A stretch of 64,000 bases of DNA from Hydrurus foetidus (Eukaryota). Position 1 is the first letter of the stretch; each line of letters opens with the position of its first letter. Below, piece after piece: positions 35,712-46,393 of this stretch. Both the position numbers and the translations under genes were made by a program. The notes below the pieces were generated by a model. The model did no database searches, was not told the origin of the DNA, and worked only from the letters and a program-made list of their open reading frames with translations. The stretch covers positions 62,001 through 126,000 of the forward strand of contig UYFQ01000506.1 of NCBI GenBank assembly GCA_900617105.1. Reading direction: 5' to 3'.

Positions 35712-36442
35712 GCTTGGGTCGCTCCGGCTTCGGCGTCCGCTTCACGGCAGCCCTGTGGGTCACAGGCCTCCAGACGATAACCGAAACCATAGACCGTCGT
35801 CAGGCGAAAGCCGTTGGCGGGACGAAGCTGCAGCTTTGAGCGCAATCGCGAGACATGGGCGTCCAAGGTGCGGGTCTCCAGATCCGGACGCTGGCCCCAG
35901 ACCCGGCGCAGCAGATACTCGCGCGAGAGGGGCCGGGCCAGGTTGTTGAACAGGATCGTCGCCAGCTGGAATTCCTTGGGCGTCAGGGCCTCGACATGGT
36001 CCTCCCAACTGGCCGTGTGGGCGCCGGGGTCCATGCGATAGGGGCCGTGCTGCTCGATCTGCTGGGTGGTCGAGGGGCGATAGACCCGACGCGCCAGGGC
36101 GTTGACCCGCGCCAGCAGCACCTGCGGCTGCAACGGCTTGACGATATAGTCGTCAGCGCCGGCGTTCAGGCCCTCGACCAGATCGGCCTCGATCGAACGG
36201 CTGGTCAGCAGCAGCACGGGCGGCGGCGTGCTCAGCATCTCGTCGAGGCGGCGCAGGGTCTCGATGCCGGACAGGTCGGGCATGTTCCAGTCGATGATCA
36301 GCAAATCGAAGGTCTGGCGGCGCAATTCGGTCAGCAGCCGCTCGGGATGGGTAAAGCTGACGCAGTCGTACCCGGCCGGTCCCAGCAAGCCGGCGACCAG
36401 CGCATTGTGACTCTCGTCGTCGTCGAGAAGTGCGACTTTCAT
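35708..36442 (-). CDS. OmpR-family response regulator
   Basis: LLDDD, IDWNMPDLSG, GADDYIVKP, TRTLDAHVSRLRSKL, TVYGFGYRLE. Confidence 0.95.
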   Translation of the reverse strand: MKVALLDDDESHNALVAGLLGPAGYDCVSFTHPERLLTELRRQTFDLLIIDWNMPDLSGIETLRRLDEMLSTPPPVLLLTSRSIEADLVEGLNAGADDYIVKPLQPQVLLARVNALARRVYRPSTTQQIEQHGPYRMDPGAHTASWEDHVEALTPKEFQLATILFNNLARPLSREYLLRRVWGQRPDLETRTLDAHVSRLRSKLQLRPANGFRLTTVYGFGYRLEACDPQGCREADAEAGATQA

Positions 36443-36591
36443 GCGCTCACTTGTGGAGAAATAATTCGCGCGCCCCGCTCGAGGCGGGGCGCGCGGCGGT
36501 CGTCCGTCTGTCCGGTGGGGGGGATCCAGATGATCGTCCGCCCATTTGGAATACCTTGTTCGCCCTTGCGTCGCGCTAGGCCAAGCAAGGA

Positions 36592-36610
36592 TTTTACAAT
36601 GGTTTACAGT
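36592..36610 (-). promoter_or_regulatory. TGTAA-N5-TGTAA direct repeat upstream of the RR-FecR-CHASE2 operon
   Basis: Minus strand ACTGTAAACCATTGTAAAA, about 150 bp upstream of the RR start. Confidence 0.4.
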
Positions 36611-36733
36611 CGGGTCGAGCCGCTTTCATTCGGGGGTTGAGCCGAGGCGAGCTGGAAAGGCGTTGCGCGCAGGAGTTGGCCATCTTCCGCGCAGCGTCGG
36701 CGGCGATCAGCGACGGTAGCGCAGGCTCGTCCA

Positions 36734-39035
36734 TCATCCCACCGACACCCGGGTGAGCAGCGACGCGGCGGGCTCTATTGCGATGGCCGAGCCGGTGATG
36801 GTGAAGCTTCCCTTCAGGCGGATGTCTTCAGAGGACGCGCCGACCATCACATCGATGCGTCCGGCCTCGATGCGCCATTGGTCGGCGGTCTTCCATAGGG
36901 CGGTCTGCGTGGCATGCAGATGGAAGGTGATCCGGCGGGTCTCTCCGGGTTTCAGGGCCAGGCGGACAAAGCCGCGCAGTTCCTTGACGGGCCGGGCGAC
37001 CGAGGCGACCGGGTCGCGCATATAGAGCTGCACCACCTCGTCGGCGGAGACCTTGCCGGTATTGGTCACCGACAGACTGATGGCGACGGACTGGTCCGGC
37101 CCGATGCTGGGCTTGTCGATGGCAAGGTCCGCATAGGCGAAGCTGGCATAGCTGAGCCCGTGGCCGAACGCGTAGAGCGGTCCGATCTCCACATCGTGGT
37201 AGCGGGCGCTGTCCTTGGCCAGGTCCGGATCGGCCGGGCGGCCCGAGGGCATGTGGGCGTAGAAGGTCGGGCTGGTTCCGGCGTTACGCGGCAGGCCGGC
37301 GGGCAGGCGGCCGGCAGGTGAGACCTTGCCCACCAGGATGTCGACGATGGCGGGGCCGCTTTCGACACCCAGGAACCAGGTTTCCAGCGCGGCGCCGGCC
37401 TTGCCCAGGATATCGGCCAGGGCGAGGGGGCGGCCGTTCATCAGCACCACGACCACCGGCTTGCCCGTCGCCAGCACGGCCTGGGCCAGTTGCGATTGCA
37501 CGCCGGGCAGGGTGATCTCCGAGCGGCTGCGGGCCTCGGCGCTGTGGTCGAAATCCTCGCCGATCACCAGCAGCACCATCGGCGGCCTTTGCCGCGGCGA
37601 CGGCGGCGGGAATGCCCGAGGCGTCGTCCCCGCGTGGCGCGGCGCCGGGCTGGTAGTCGATGGTCGCGCCGGACTGCTCGCGCAGGGCGGTCAGCAGGGT
37701 CTTCACGTCGTCGACCTGTCCCCGTGCGCGCCATGAGCCCAGGGCCGAGGAGGCGTCGTCGGCCAGAGCCCCGATCACCGCGATGCGCTGGCCCGCCGGT
37801 GACAGGGGCAGCAGACCGCCGTCGTTCTTCAGCAGCACGATGGCCTTGCGCGCCGCCTCGCCCGCGATGGCGCGGTGGGCGGGAGAGTTGAGTTCGGTCT
37901 TCTCCCGGCCCGCGTCGCCGAAGCGGAAGGGGTCGTCGAACAGACCCAGTCGCGCCTTGGTCGCCAGCACCCGGCCGACGGCCTGGTCCAGATAGGGCGT
38001 CAGCGAGGGATCGGCGACGACCGCTTCCTTCAGGTGAACGGCATAGACGCCGCTGGCCATGTCCATGTCGACCCCGGCCTTAAGGGCCAGGGCGGCGGCC
38101 TGGGCCGGGGTTTCGGCGATCCCATGATTGATCAGTTCCAGGATGGCGTTCCAGTCGCTGACCACCAGGCCCTGATAGCCCCACTGGTTTCGGAGCTGGC
38201 CGCGCACCAGGGCTCGGTTGGCGGTGGTCGGCACACCGGCGATGTCGTTGAAGGCGGTCATGAAACTGCCAGCGCCCGCCCGTACTGAGGCGTGGAAGGA
38301 CGGCATATAGACCTCCTGCAACGTGCGCTCGGAGATGTCGGCGCTGTCATAGTCGCGGCCGCCGATGGCCGCGCCATAAGCCCCGAAGTGCTTGGCGCAG
38401 GCCAGGATCGCGTCCTTGCCGGACAGGTCTTCGGTCTGCAGACCCAGGATCTGGGCCTCGGCCATGCGCGAGCCCAGATAGGGATCCTCGCCCGCGCCCT
38501 CGACGATCCGACCCCAGCGCGGGTCGCGGGCGATGTCGACCATCGGGGTGAAGGTCCAGTGCAGACCGCTGACCGAGGTCTCGATGGCCGCCACCCGCGA
38601 GCAAGCCTTGACGATGTCCAGATCGAAGGTCGCGGCCATGCCCAGCGGCACGGGGAAGATGGTGCGGAAGCCGTGGATCACATCGATGCCGAACAGCAGC
38701 GGGATCTTCAGCCGGCTTTCCTCGACCGCCACCCGCTGAAGCTCGCGCAGGAAGTCCGCGCCGGCCACATGAAGGTATGAGCCGATGCCGCCTCTGCGCA
38801 CCAGGTCCAGTTGGGCCGCATCGATCCTGGAGTTCAACGCCCTTTGCCGTCCACCAGGCGCCTGGTTCAGCTGGCCAATCTTCTCGTCCAGAGTCATCTG
38901 GGCGATGAGCGTCTTGATCAGGATTGAGTGCCGGGAAAGAGGCGCGCTCGAGGCGCGGGCCGCGCCGGCGAAGGCGAGGGCGGTGACCCCGGCCAGCAGA
39001 GCGCGGCGGTTGGGTCCTGTGGCGATTGCCGACAT
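36734..39035 (-). CDS. GH3 beta-glucosidase (BglX-like) with Tat signal; frameshift near 37580
   Basis: NRRALLAG Tat motif, DVIHG, ARDPRWGRIVEGAGEDP, CAKHF, VVSDW; C-terminal FGHGLSY, EVVQLY, RPVKELRGF. Confidence 0.92.
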
Positions 39036-39127
39036 TCCTGGTCTCCCGTAGCGGCCCCTGCAAAGCGGAGCTCTTTGATGTCCATCTGGCCGAGGCCGTG
39101 GCGGCGCACTACAGAAGTTCGCAGTTC

Positions 39128-39141
39128 TGACAACGCTGTCA
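39128..39141. promoter_or_regulatory. Candidate LacI-type operator TGACAACGCTGTCA
   Basis: Near-perfect palindrome about 90 bp upstream of the GH3 start; 12 of 14 positions match 3631-3644. Confidence 0.6.
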
Positions 39142-39153
39142 AATACTGATCGT

Positions 39154-39178
39154 AAAAAGGCCGGAATGACCCGGCCTT
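39154..39178 (-). terminator. Intrinsic terminator
   Basis: Minus strand AAGGCCGG-GTCATT-CCGGCCTT-TTT. Confidence 0.7.
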
Positions 39179-39203
39179 CATCATGCTTGTTTTTAGCTGT
39201 GTG

Positions 39204-39563
39204 CTAATTGCGCGCCTTTCGGGCGGCATACTTGCTGTCGCGCTTGGCCTTGGCCTCGGCGCTGGACAGGGCCTTGCGTTCCTTGGTGGCGCCACGCTTG
39301 AGGCTGAGAACGGCGGCGGCGCTGTCGGCGATGGCTTGTTCGGCGGCCTGGATCTTGTCGGCCACGACCTGGCGGGCGGCGGCGCGTTCTTCGGCGCGAT
39401 CAGCGCGAACTTGCTTCAGTTCGGCGGCCTTGACGGCTTCGCGGCTTTCGAAGTTCGGATCGACGACGGCGGGCTTGGGCTTGAACTTCTCAAGCAGAGC
39501 CTTCTTGGCGTCGGCGGCGGTCTGGAGTCTGGTGGAGAAGTTGGTGCGCAGGGTTTCGTTCAT
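39204..39563 (-). CDS. Small basic helical protein (DUF6481-like) downstream of the cold-shock gene
   Basis: FSTRLQTAADAKKALLEKFKPKP ... KAKRDSKYAARKAR pattern. Confidence 0.75.
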   Translation of the reverse strand: MNETLRTNFSTRLQTAADAKKALLEKFKPKPAVVDPNFESREAVKAAELKQVRADRAEERAAARQVVADKIQAAEQAIADSAAAVLSLKRGATKERKALSSAEAKAKRDSKYAARKARN

Positions 39564-39664
39564 GAGGCCTCGAATTGCGAAGGGGGAAAACCCCGTGTGT
39601 CATTCGAGGTTGAACGTCAGGAAGCCAGGCTGGAGCGCGGGACGAACCCGCGCTCCGATTAGGC

Positions 39665-39874
39665 TTAGGCAGCTTGAAGCTGGCCGGCCGACATCTTGCC
39701 GCTGCGCTGGTCGCGCTCGAGTTCGTAGGACAGCTTCTGGCCTTCGTTCAGCGAACCCAGGGTCGAACGCTCGACCGCCGAGATGTGCACGAACACGTCC
39801 GCGCCGCCGTCGTCAGGTTGAATGAAGCCAAAGCCCTTGGTGGAGTTAAACCACTTCACGGTACCGGTCGTCAT
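39665..39874 (-). CDS. Cold-shock protein (CspA family)
   Basis: [18 protein letters not shown] and [12 protein letters not shown] motifs. Confidence 0.97.
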   Translation of the reverse strand: MTTGTVKWFNSTKGFGFIQPDDGGADVFVHISAVERSTLGSLNEGQKLSYELERDQRSGKMSAGQLQAA

Positions 39875-40237
39875 GATGGTCACCTTTCAGGTGAATAGGG
39901 CCGCGCGGCTCGAATGTGAGCCGCGTGATCAAATTTTCGGAGAGGATCGTGATGGGCTCGAAGCTCGATCCTGAGATAAAGCGTTGGAGAGCAATCGAAC
40001 CAAATCGTCATTTAATACGCACACCATACTCGAAAAATATCGGGGGCGCAATGTCTGTAAAATGGAAGAAAATTCGGAACGGGCTTGGAGTTCTGGGAAA
40101 ATAAAATCGGTCTGGAATTTCTTGCGCGTCTCAGCCGAAATTTCATCAAGCGTGGCCAGTGGACATGCTGGCGGGGGCGAGACTTTTCTAAGAGTCATCG
40201 ATTTGCACGCGCCAGCGCGCAAGCGCGGCTCGGCTAA

Positions 40238-40576
40238 CTAGGCGCGTGCCGCCTTTGCGACAGCCGTCGCGCGCAGGGCCTTGGCCTGTTCCGGCGCGAC
40301 CTGTTCGAAGATCACGGCCAGGTGTTGCTCCTTCGCGTGATCATTGTGCAGGTCCCAGGCCAGCGAGATCGGCAGGCGCAGGCGCGAGCCGCCATCCAGC
40401 CGAACCAGCAGCACCCGCCAGCTGAAGCCTTCGCCCGCTTCACCCAGTGGATCCTTGAACTCCAGCGGCGCCGGATCGCGGAGCATGAAGTCGCGCTCAG
40501 GCCTGGCGTCGAACCAGGCCTTGTCGGCCAGGGCGGTGACGTCGGCGACAACCTTGCCGGAGAGTTTGCGGGCCAT
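40238..40576 (-). CDS. Hypothetical protein
   Basis: ATG after AAGGAG; coding-like 3' part of ORF 40238..40816. Confidence 0.6.
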   Translation of the reverse strand: MARKLSGKVVADVTALADKAWFDARPERDFMLRDPAPLEFKDPLGEAGEGFSWRVLLVRLDGGSRLRLPISLAWDLHNDHAKEQHLAVIFEQVAPEQAKALRATAVAKAARA

Positions 40577-40928
40577 GGTGTCGGGGCTCCTTGACGAGGG
40601 GCGCTCTGTAGCAATCTCGGTGGCTAAGCGCCATCGCGTCCCGCTCGCCCGCTCGCCCGCTCGCCCGCTTGCGTCGGCGGCGGCGGGATCAACAACAAGG
40701 TTCTGGTCATTGTCGCCAACCGCAATAGTCCCAACCCGAACGAAGGCGCCCGGAAAGACCTTTGCACCTGCAAAGCCAGCCTGGCAGTGCGAGCGGGGCG
40801 ATTTTTGTCTGTCCAAGGTTTAAGGGACGGACCGTCCCAAAACCGGTATCCATCGCCAAGGATCGCGTCCGAGGGTCGAATCGGGAGAACGTCAGTTTTC
40901 CGTTCGTGGGCGCATGAGGGACTGGCTG

Positions 40929-41599
40929 ATGCGTATTCTGATCATCGAAGACGATATCGAGGCGGCGGGCGCGATGGCCCACGGTCTCACCGAGGCTGGC
41001 TATGACTGCGTCCACGCGCCCGACGGCGAAGCGGGCCTGAAGGAAGCCGGCAAGGGCGGCTTCGACGTGCTGATCGTCGATCGCATGATGCCCAAGAAAG
41101 ACGGCGTCGAGGTCGTCGAGACCCTGCGCCGCGAAGGCGACAATACGCCGGTGTTGTTCCTGTCAGCCCTGGGCGAGGTCAGCGACCGCGTGGTCGGCTT
41201 GAAGGCCGGGGCCGACGACTATCTGGTCAAGCCTTACGCCTTCCCCGAGCTGATGGCCCGGGTCGAGGCCCTGTCGCGTCGTCGTGAGACTGGAGCCGTC
41301 GCGACGACCTTGAAGGTCGGCGAACTCGAGATGAACCTGATCAACCGCACGGTCCATCGCGCCGGCAAGAGATCGATCTCCAGCCCCGCGAGTTCCAGTT
41401 GCTGGAATTCATGATGCGCCACGCCGGCCAGTCGGTGACCCGCACCATGCTGCTGGAGAAGGTGTGGGAATACCACTTCGACCCGCAGACCAACGTCATC
41501 GACGTGCATATCTCGCGCCTGCGCAGCAAGATCGACAAGGGCTTCGACCGCCCGATGCTGCAGACCGTGCGTGGCGCGGGTTACCGGCTCGATCCCTAG
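40929..41599 (+). CDS. OmpR-family response regulator; frameshift near 41365
   Basis: MRILIIEDD, DRMMP, GADDYLVKPY, then FDPQTNVIDVHISRLRSKID. Confidence 0.92.
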
Positions 41600-41630
41600 G
41601 AGATAGGGCGGTTCGCCGCCGAGACCCGTC

Positions 41631-43035
41631 ATGCGTCTGCCGCGCCTTCTCCGCACCACGCCGTTCCGGCTGACCCTGCTGTTCCTGGCCCTGTTCGCGG
41701 CGGCCGCCAGCGCGTTCCTGGGCTACATCTATGTCGCCACCGCAGGCGAGGTGAACCGCCGCGCCGACGCCGAGATCAGCCGCGAGATGGAGAGCCTTGA
41801 GGCCGCCTATCGCCAGGGCGGCGTCGACGCCCTGAACCAGACCATCGTCGAGCGCGCCACCGGCGAGCGGCCGTTCCTGTATTTTCTGGCCGACAAGACC
41901 GGCAAGCGGATTTCCGGCTCGATCGAAGCCTCACCGCTGGATGACTTCGAGGGCGACGGTCCCAGCTGGTCCAGCTTCAAGGTCACCGAGGTTGATCTTG
42001 ACGGCGCTGAGGTGCGCAACGCCGCCCGTGGCGTGCAGGAGCGCCTGACCGGCGGCGAGGTGCTGTTCGTCGGCGCCGATGTGGCGGCGTCCGAGGGCTA
42101 TGTCCGCAAGATCGTCCGGGCGCTGTGGGGCGCTGGGGCGCTGGTGATCATCCTGGGTCTGGCCGGCGGCGTTCTGATCAGCCGCAATGTCTCGCGCAGC
42201 ATGCAGGGGCTGGTCGACCTGGTCGCCGCCGTGCAGGCCGGCGACCTGCATGCCCGCGCCAAGGTGCGCGGCGCGCGCGACGAGTATGACGAGCTTGCCG
42301 AAGGCCTCAACGACATGCTCGACCGCATCGAGCGACTGATGGGCGGTTTGCGCCATGCCGGCGACGCCATCGCCCACGACCTGCGCTCGCCGCTCACCCG
42401 TCTGCGCGCCCGCATGGAAGTGGCCCTGATCGACGCCGAGAACGGCAAGGGCGATCCGGTCGCGGCGCTGGAGACCGCTCTGCAGGACGCCGATGGCGTG
42501 CTCAAGACCTTCAACGCCGTGCTGGCCATCGCCCGCCTGCAGGCCGCCGGTCAGGCGCCCGACCAGCAGAGCTTCGACTCCTCGGAACTGGCCCGGGACA
42601 TGGCCGAGCTCTACGAGTTCTCGTGCGAGGACAAGGGCCTGGACTTCAAGGCCGAGATCACCCCGGCCCTGAACATCCGGGGCAATCGCGAGTTCATCGC
42701 CCAGGCCCTGGCCAACCTGCTCGACAACGCCATCAAATATACCCCGTCGGGCGGGGCGATCATGCTGCGGGCCCGTCGCCGTTCGTCGGGCGAGCTGGAG
42801 TTCTCGATCACCGACACCGGCCCTGGCGTGCCCGACGAAGACCGCGCCCGCGTCGTTCAGCGTTTCGTGCGCCTGGAGAATAGCCGAAGCAGACCGGGCG
42901 CGGGCCTTGGCCTGTCGCTGGTCCAGGCCGTGGCCGCCTCGCATGGCGGCCGGCTGGAACTGGCCGAGGGCCGGGCGAATACAACGGCATGGGCCCTGGC
43001 CTGCGGGTGGCCCTGGTGCTTCCCGGGTCGAATAG
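41631..43035 (+). CDS. Sensor histidine kinase (HAMP-HisKA-HATPase); 3' frameshift
   Basis: AIAHDLRSPL, NLLDNAIKY, DTGPGV, GAGLGLSLV; the true C-terminus GLRVALVLP is in a shifted frame. Confidence 0.9.
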
Positions 43036-43155
43036 CGGGCAGGCGCCGGTTTAGGCAGCGCAGTCCCCGTAACTGTGGACGGCCTGCGGTTCGGGGTCGA
43101 ACCGCGTACGGCGCTGGTCAGAATGGCGTTCCACTCCATGGGCGCGAGGACCGGC

Positions 43156-44367
43156 GTGACTTTCGAAACCGACGCGACACGCAACCGGCGCAACTTCCTG
43201 GCGGGGCTGGGCGGTCTGGGCTGATGGGCGTGGCCGGCTGCGCTCCGGGGCAGATGATGCGCCCACGGGCGTTGCAGGGACTTGGCGATTTCGACGCCCT
43301 GCCACCTTTGCCGCCCATCCGGATGAAGCCGGACCGCATCTCGAAGATCACGGTCTGCCTGCGCCCGTTCCGCAAGGCCGGGCCGCGCCTGGATGTCGAG
43401 ACCGTCGGCGACAAGACCGTGGTCCACAACTATGGCCATGGCGGCAGCGGCTGGTCCCTGTCGTGGGGTTCGGGAACGATCGCCGCGAAGAACGCCATGT
43501 CGACCGGCGAACGCGACATCGCCGTGATCGGCTGCGGCGCCCTGGGCCTGACCACGGCCACCCTGCTGCGGCGGGCCGGGGCCAATGTCACCATCTATGC
43601 CAGCGAGCGCACGCCCGACACCCGCTCGGCCCGGGCCACGGGCACATGGTCGCCGGACTCCCGCATCGCCGCCGTGGGCTCCACCGGCCCGGGGTTCGAG
43701 GCGCAGTGGGAAAGATGTGCCGGACCTCCTACAAGGCCTACCAGACCTATCTGGGCATGGCGGGCAATCCGGTGGAATGGACCGACCGCTACACCCTGTT
43801 CGACGCGCCGCCGGGACCGGGGCGCGCCACGCCACATGACCCGAACGGCGTACAGTTCGTCGAATACATCGAGCGTGTGCGGGACATTACCCGCGCGGGA
43901 TGGAGCTGGCGGCCGGCAGCCACCCTTCCCGACGCCCTATGCGCGGCGCGGGACGTCGATGCAGTTCAACATCGCCGAATACGCCCACCTGCTGATGACC
44001 GACTATCTGCTGGCCGGCGGCAAGTCGAGACCATGACCTTCCACACCCCGCCGATCTCGCGGTGCTGAAGCAGAGGTTGTGGTCAATTGCACCGGCTATG
44101 GCGCTCGGGCGCTTTGGAAGGACGAGCCTCATCCCCGTGCGCGGTCAGATCGCCTGGCTGATCCCCCAGCCCGAGGTCAATTACGGCCTCTACTACAAGG
44201 GCGTGTCGATCCTGGCCCGGCGTGACGGCATCGTCGTTCAGCAGGTCGGGCAGACCGAGGCCTGGGGCTATAACGATGACAACGAGACGACCAGCCGCAG
44301 CGAAGCCGAGGACGCCATCGCCACCATCGCGGCGCTTTACGGCCGGCCGAAGCCTCGGGCAGCCTGA
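43156..44367 (+). CDS. D-amino-acid-oxidase-like FAD oxidoreductase, Tat-exported lipoprotein; several frameshifts
   Basis: RRNFL Tat motif, VAGC lipobox, CLRPFR, VVHNYGHGGSGWSLSWGS, IAVIGCGALG, NCTGYGA, PVRGQ. Confidence 0.8.
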
Positions 44368-45218
44368 TCGGCGTACATCCGGTTCATATCGATCGTCGGG
44401 GCCAGATCGCTATAGACCATGCCGCGCGGGGCGATGCTCCAGACCGCCAGGAAGGTCGCCAGACCAAGGCTGTCAGGGCGATGAAGCCGGCGATCTCGCG
44501 TCGACGGCTGGGCTCGGCAGCTCAGGAAGCCGACGCAGGATCAAAGGGTGCGTGCCCCAGCCACACGCCAGCGGCGAGGCCAGGCCAGATGTCGAGACCT
44601 TGAACAGGGCCTTGGCGTAGTCGCCGCGAATGTCGTCCTTCAGGGCCAGGACCGTGGCGTCACAAGCCAGTTCCTGGTCGATGCGGGCAAACACCGCGCC
44701 GAGATGAACCAGAGGATTGCACCAGCCCAGGACCCGGCATCCGGCGATAGCCAGATTGGCGATAGGGTCGCCCGGCGGATATGCGTGCGTTCATGCAGCA
44801 GGATCAGGTCGCGTTCGCGGGTGTTGAAGCGCGCCTCGAAGTCATGGGGCAGGATGATCCGGGGCCATAGGGCCATCACGGCGGGGCCGGCCGCCCTTGG
44901 CCGCCATGCGCCGGAGGCGTGCTCCTGCCACAGCATGAAGCCGGCGAAGAGTGCGGCCCCGATGAGCCACGCCGCCATAACTTTCATCGCCAGACCCGGC
45001 GCCAAGGGCGCGGTCGGAGCGCCGACTTCCAGGGTCTCTGCGAGGCTGGGAAAGACGCTTGCGGCGGCGGCGACAGGCACGATCGCCCACAGCCCATAGG
45101 CGAGGCGGGGACCAAACAGCCGGCGGACCGGAAGGCGGAGCAGCAGCACCAGCACAACGCCGGCCGCCGCCGCGATCTGAACCCGCGTCAGCGCCAAGGC
45201 GAACAGTTCGAACATCAT
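44337..45218 (-). CDS. M56-family (BlaR1/MecR1-like) membrane metallopeptidase; frameshifted, 3' end approximate
   Basis: RRLFGPRLAYGLW, PRIILP, ILLHERTHIRR (HExxH), DQELACDA. Confidence 0.8.
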
Positions 45219-45274
45219 CGCGTTCCCCGTCCATGCGCCGCCCGATCAGTTCTGCGGGTTCAGCCGTGCAATGG

Positions 45275-45299
45275 TTACAACTGTAATATCGCTCGTCAA
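45275..45299 (-). promoter_or_regulatory. Promoter of the M56 gene containing a BlaI/CopY-type operator TTACAACTGTAA
   Basis: TTACA-NN-TGTAA palindrome at 45275-45286, just downstream of a minus-strand TTGACG -35 at 45294-45299. Confidence 0.65.
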
Positions 45300-45343
45300 G
45301 CGTGTGTCTTGCCCAGGTCGCGCCAGCGGGCCACGCTGCGCCC

Positions 45344-46360
45344 ATGAATCGCCTGCTCGAACGCCTCGCCCCGTGTGGTCCCATCGTCGATCCCAAGGCG
45401 GCCGAACGCGCCCATGAGGCGATCCTTCGCCGGGTCGGTGACGCCTCTGCAGATATCGAAGCGGCCTGGCCGTCACTGGCGCCCGTATTCGCGGCTTCTC
45501 CCTATCTGGCCGGTCTGGCCCGCCGCGACGCTCGCCGCCTGCCGTCGATCCTCGAGGCCGATCCGGATAGGCGGCTGACGGAAATCCTCTCGGCCGCCGA
45601 CGCTGTCGCCGCTGAACCCGACTTCGAGATCGCGCGCCGCGTGCTGCGCGAGCTCAAGGCCGACCTGCATCTGCTGACCGCGCTGTGCGACCTGGGCGGC
45701 GTCTGGGATCTGGACGCGGTGACCGGCGCCCTGACGCGCTTCGCCGACGCCACCCTGCGCGCCGCCCTGGCCCAGGCCGTCCGGCTGGAGGTGGGTCGCG
45801 GCGCCCTGACCCATGTGGGCGCCTCTCCCGGCGAAGGGGGGGAGGCCGGCCCCGCGCCGGGCCTGTTCTGCATCGCCATGGGCAAGCACGGGGCGTTTGA
45901 GCTCAACTATTCCAGCGACATCGATTTCTCGATTTTCTACGCGCCGGAAAAGCTGCCGGTCGCCGAAGGGGTCGAGCCGCAGGGCGTGGCCGTCCGCATC
46001 GCCAACCATCTGGGGCGGATCCTGCAGGAGCGCACGGCCGACGGCTATGTGTTCCGCATCGACCTGCGCCTGCGTCCCGACCCGTCCTCGACCCCGCCGG
46101 CCATGCCCGTCGATGCGGCCATGGATTACTACGAGAGCGTCGGCCAGAACTGGGAGCGCGCCGCCCACATCAAGGCCCGGATCGCGGCCGGCGACATGAA
46201 GGAAGGCGAAGCCTTCCTGGCCGGGCTGCAGCCCTTCATCTGGCGGCGGAACCTGGATTTCGCGGCCATCGCCGACATTCACTCGATCAAGCGCCAGATC
46301 CATACCTACAAGGTCGATGACCGCCTGACCGCCAAGGGCGCGGATCTCAAGCTGGGGCGC

Positions 46361-46393
<33 letters not shown>

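Noticed and set aside
40640..40671. (CCCGCTCG)4 tandem repeat, and the palindrome GGGACGG-A-CCGTCCC at 40824-40838
   Set aside because: Both are real but short and GC-rich, with no second occurrence or other support for a function
41631..44036. 801-aa ORF that looks like a histidine kinase fused to a D-amino-acid oxidase
   Set aside because: The kinase C-terminus lies in another frame with a stop near 43035, and the oxidase has its own RBS, GTG start and Tat signal. The fusion is best explained by an indel.
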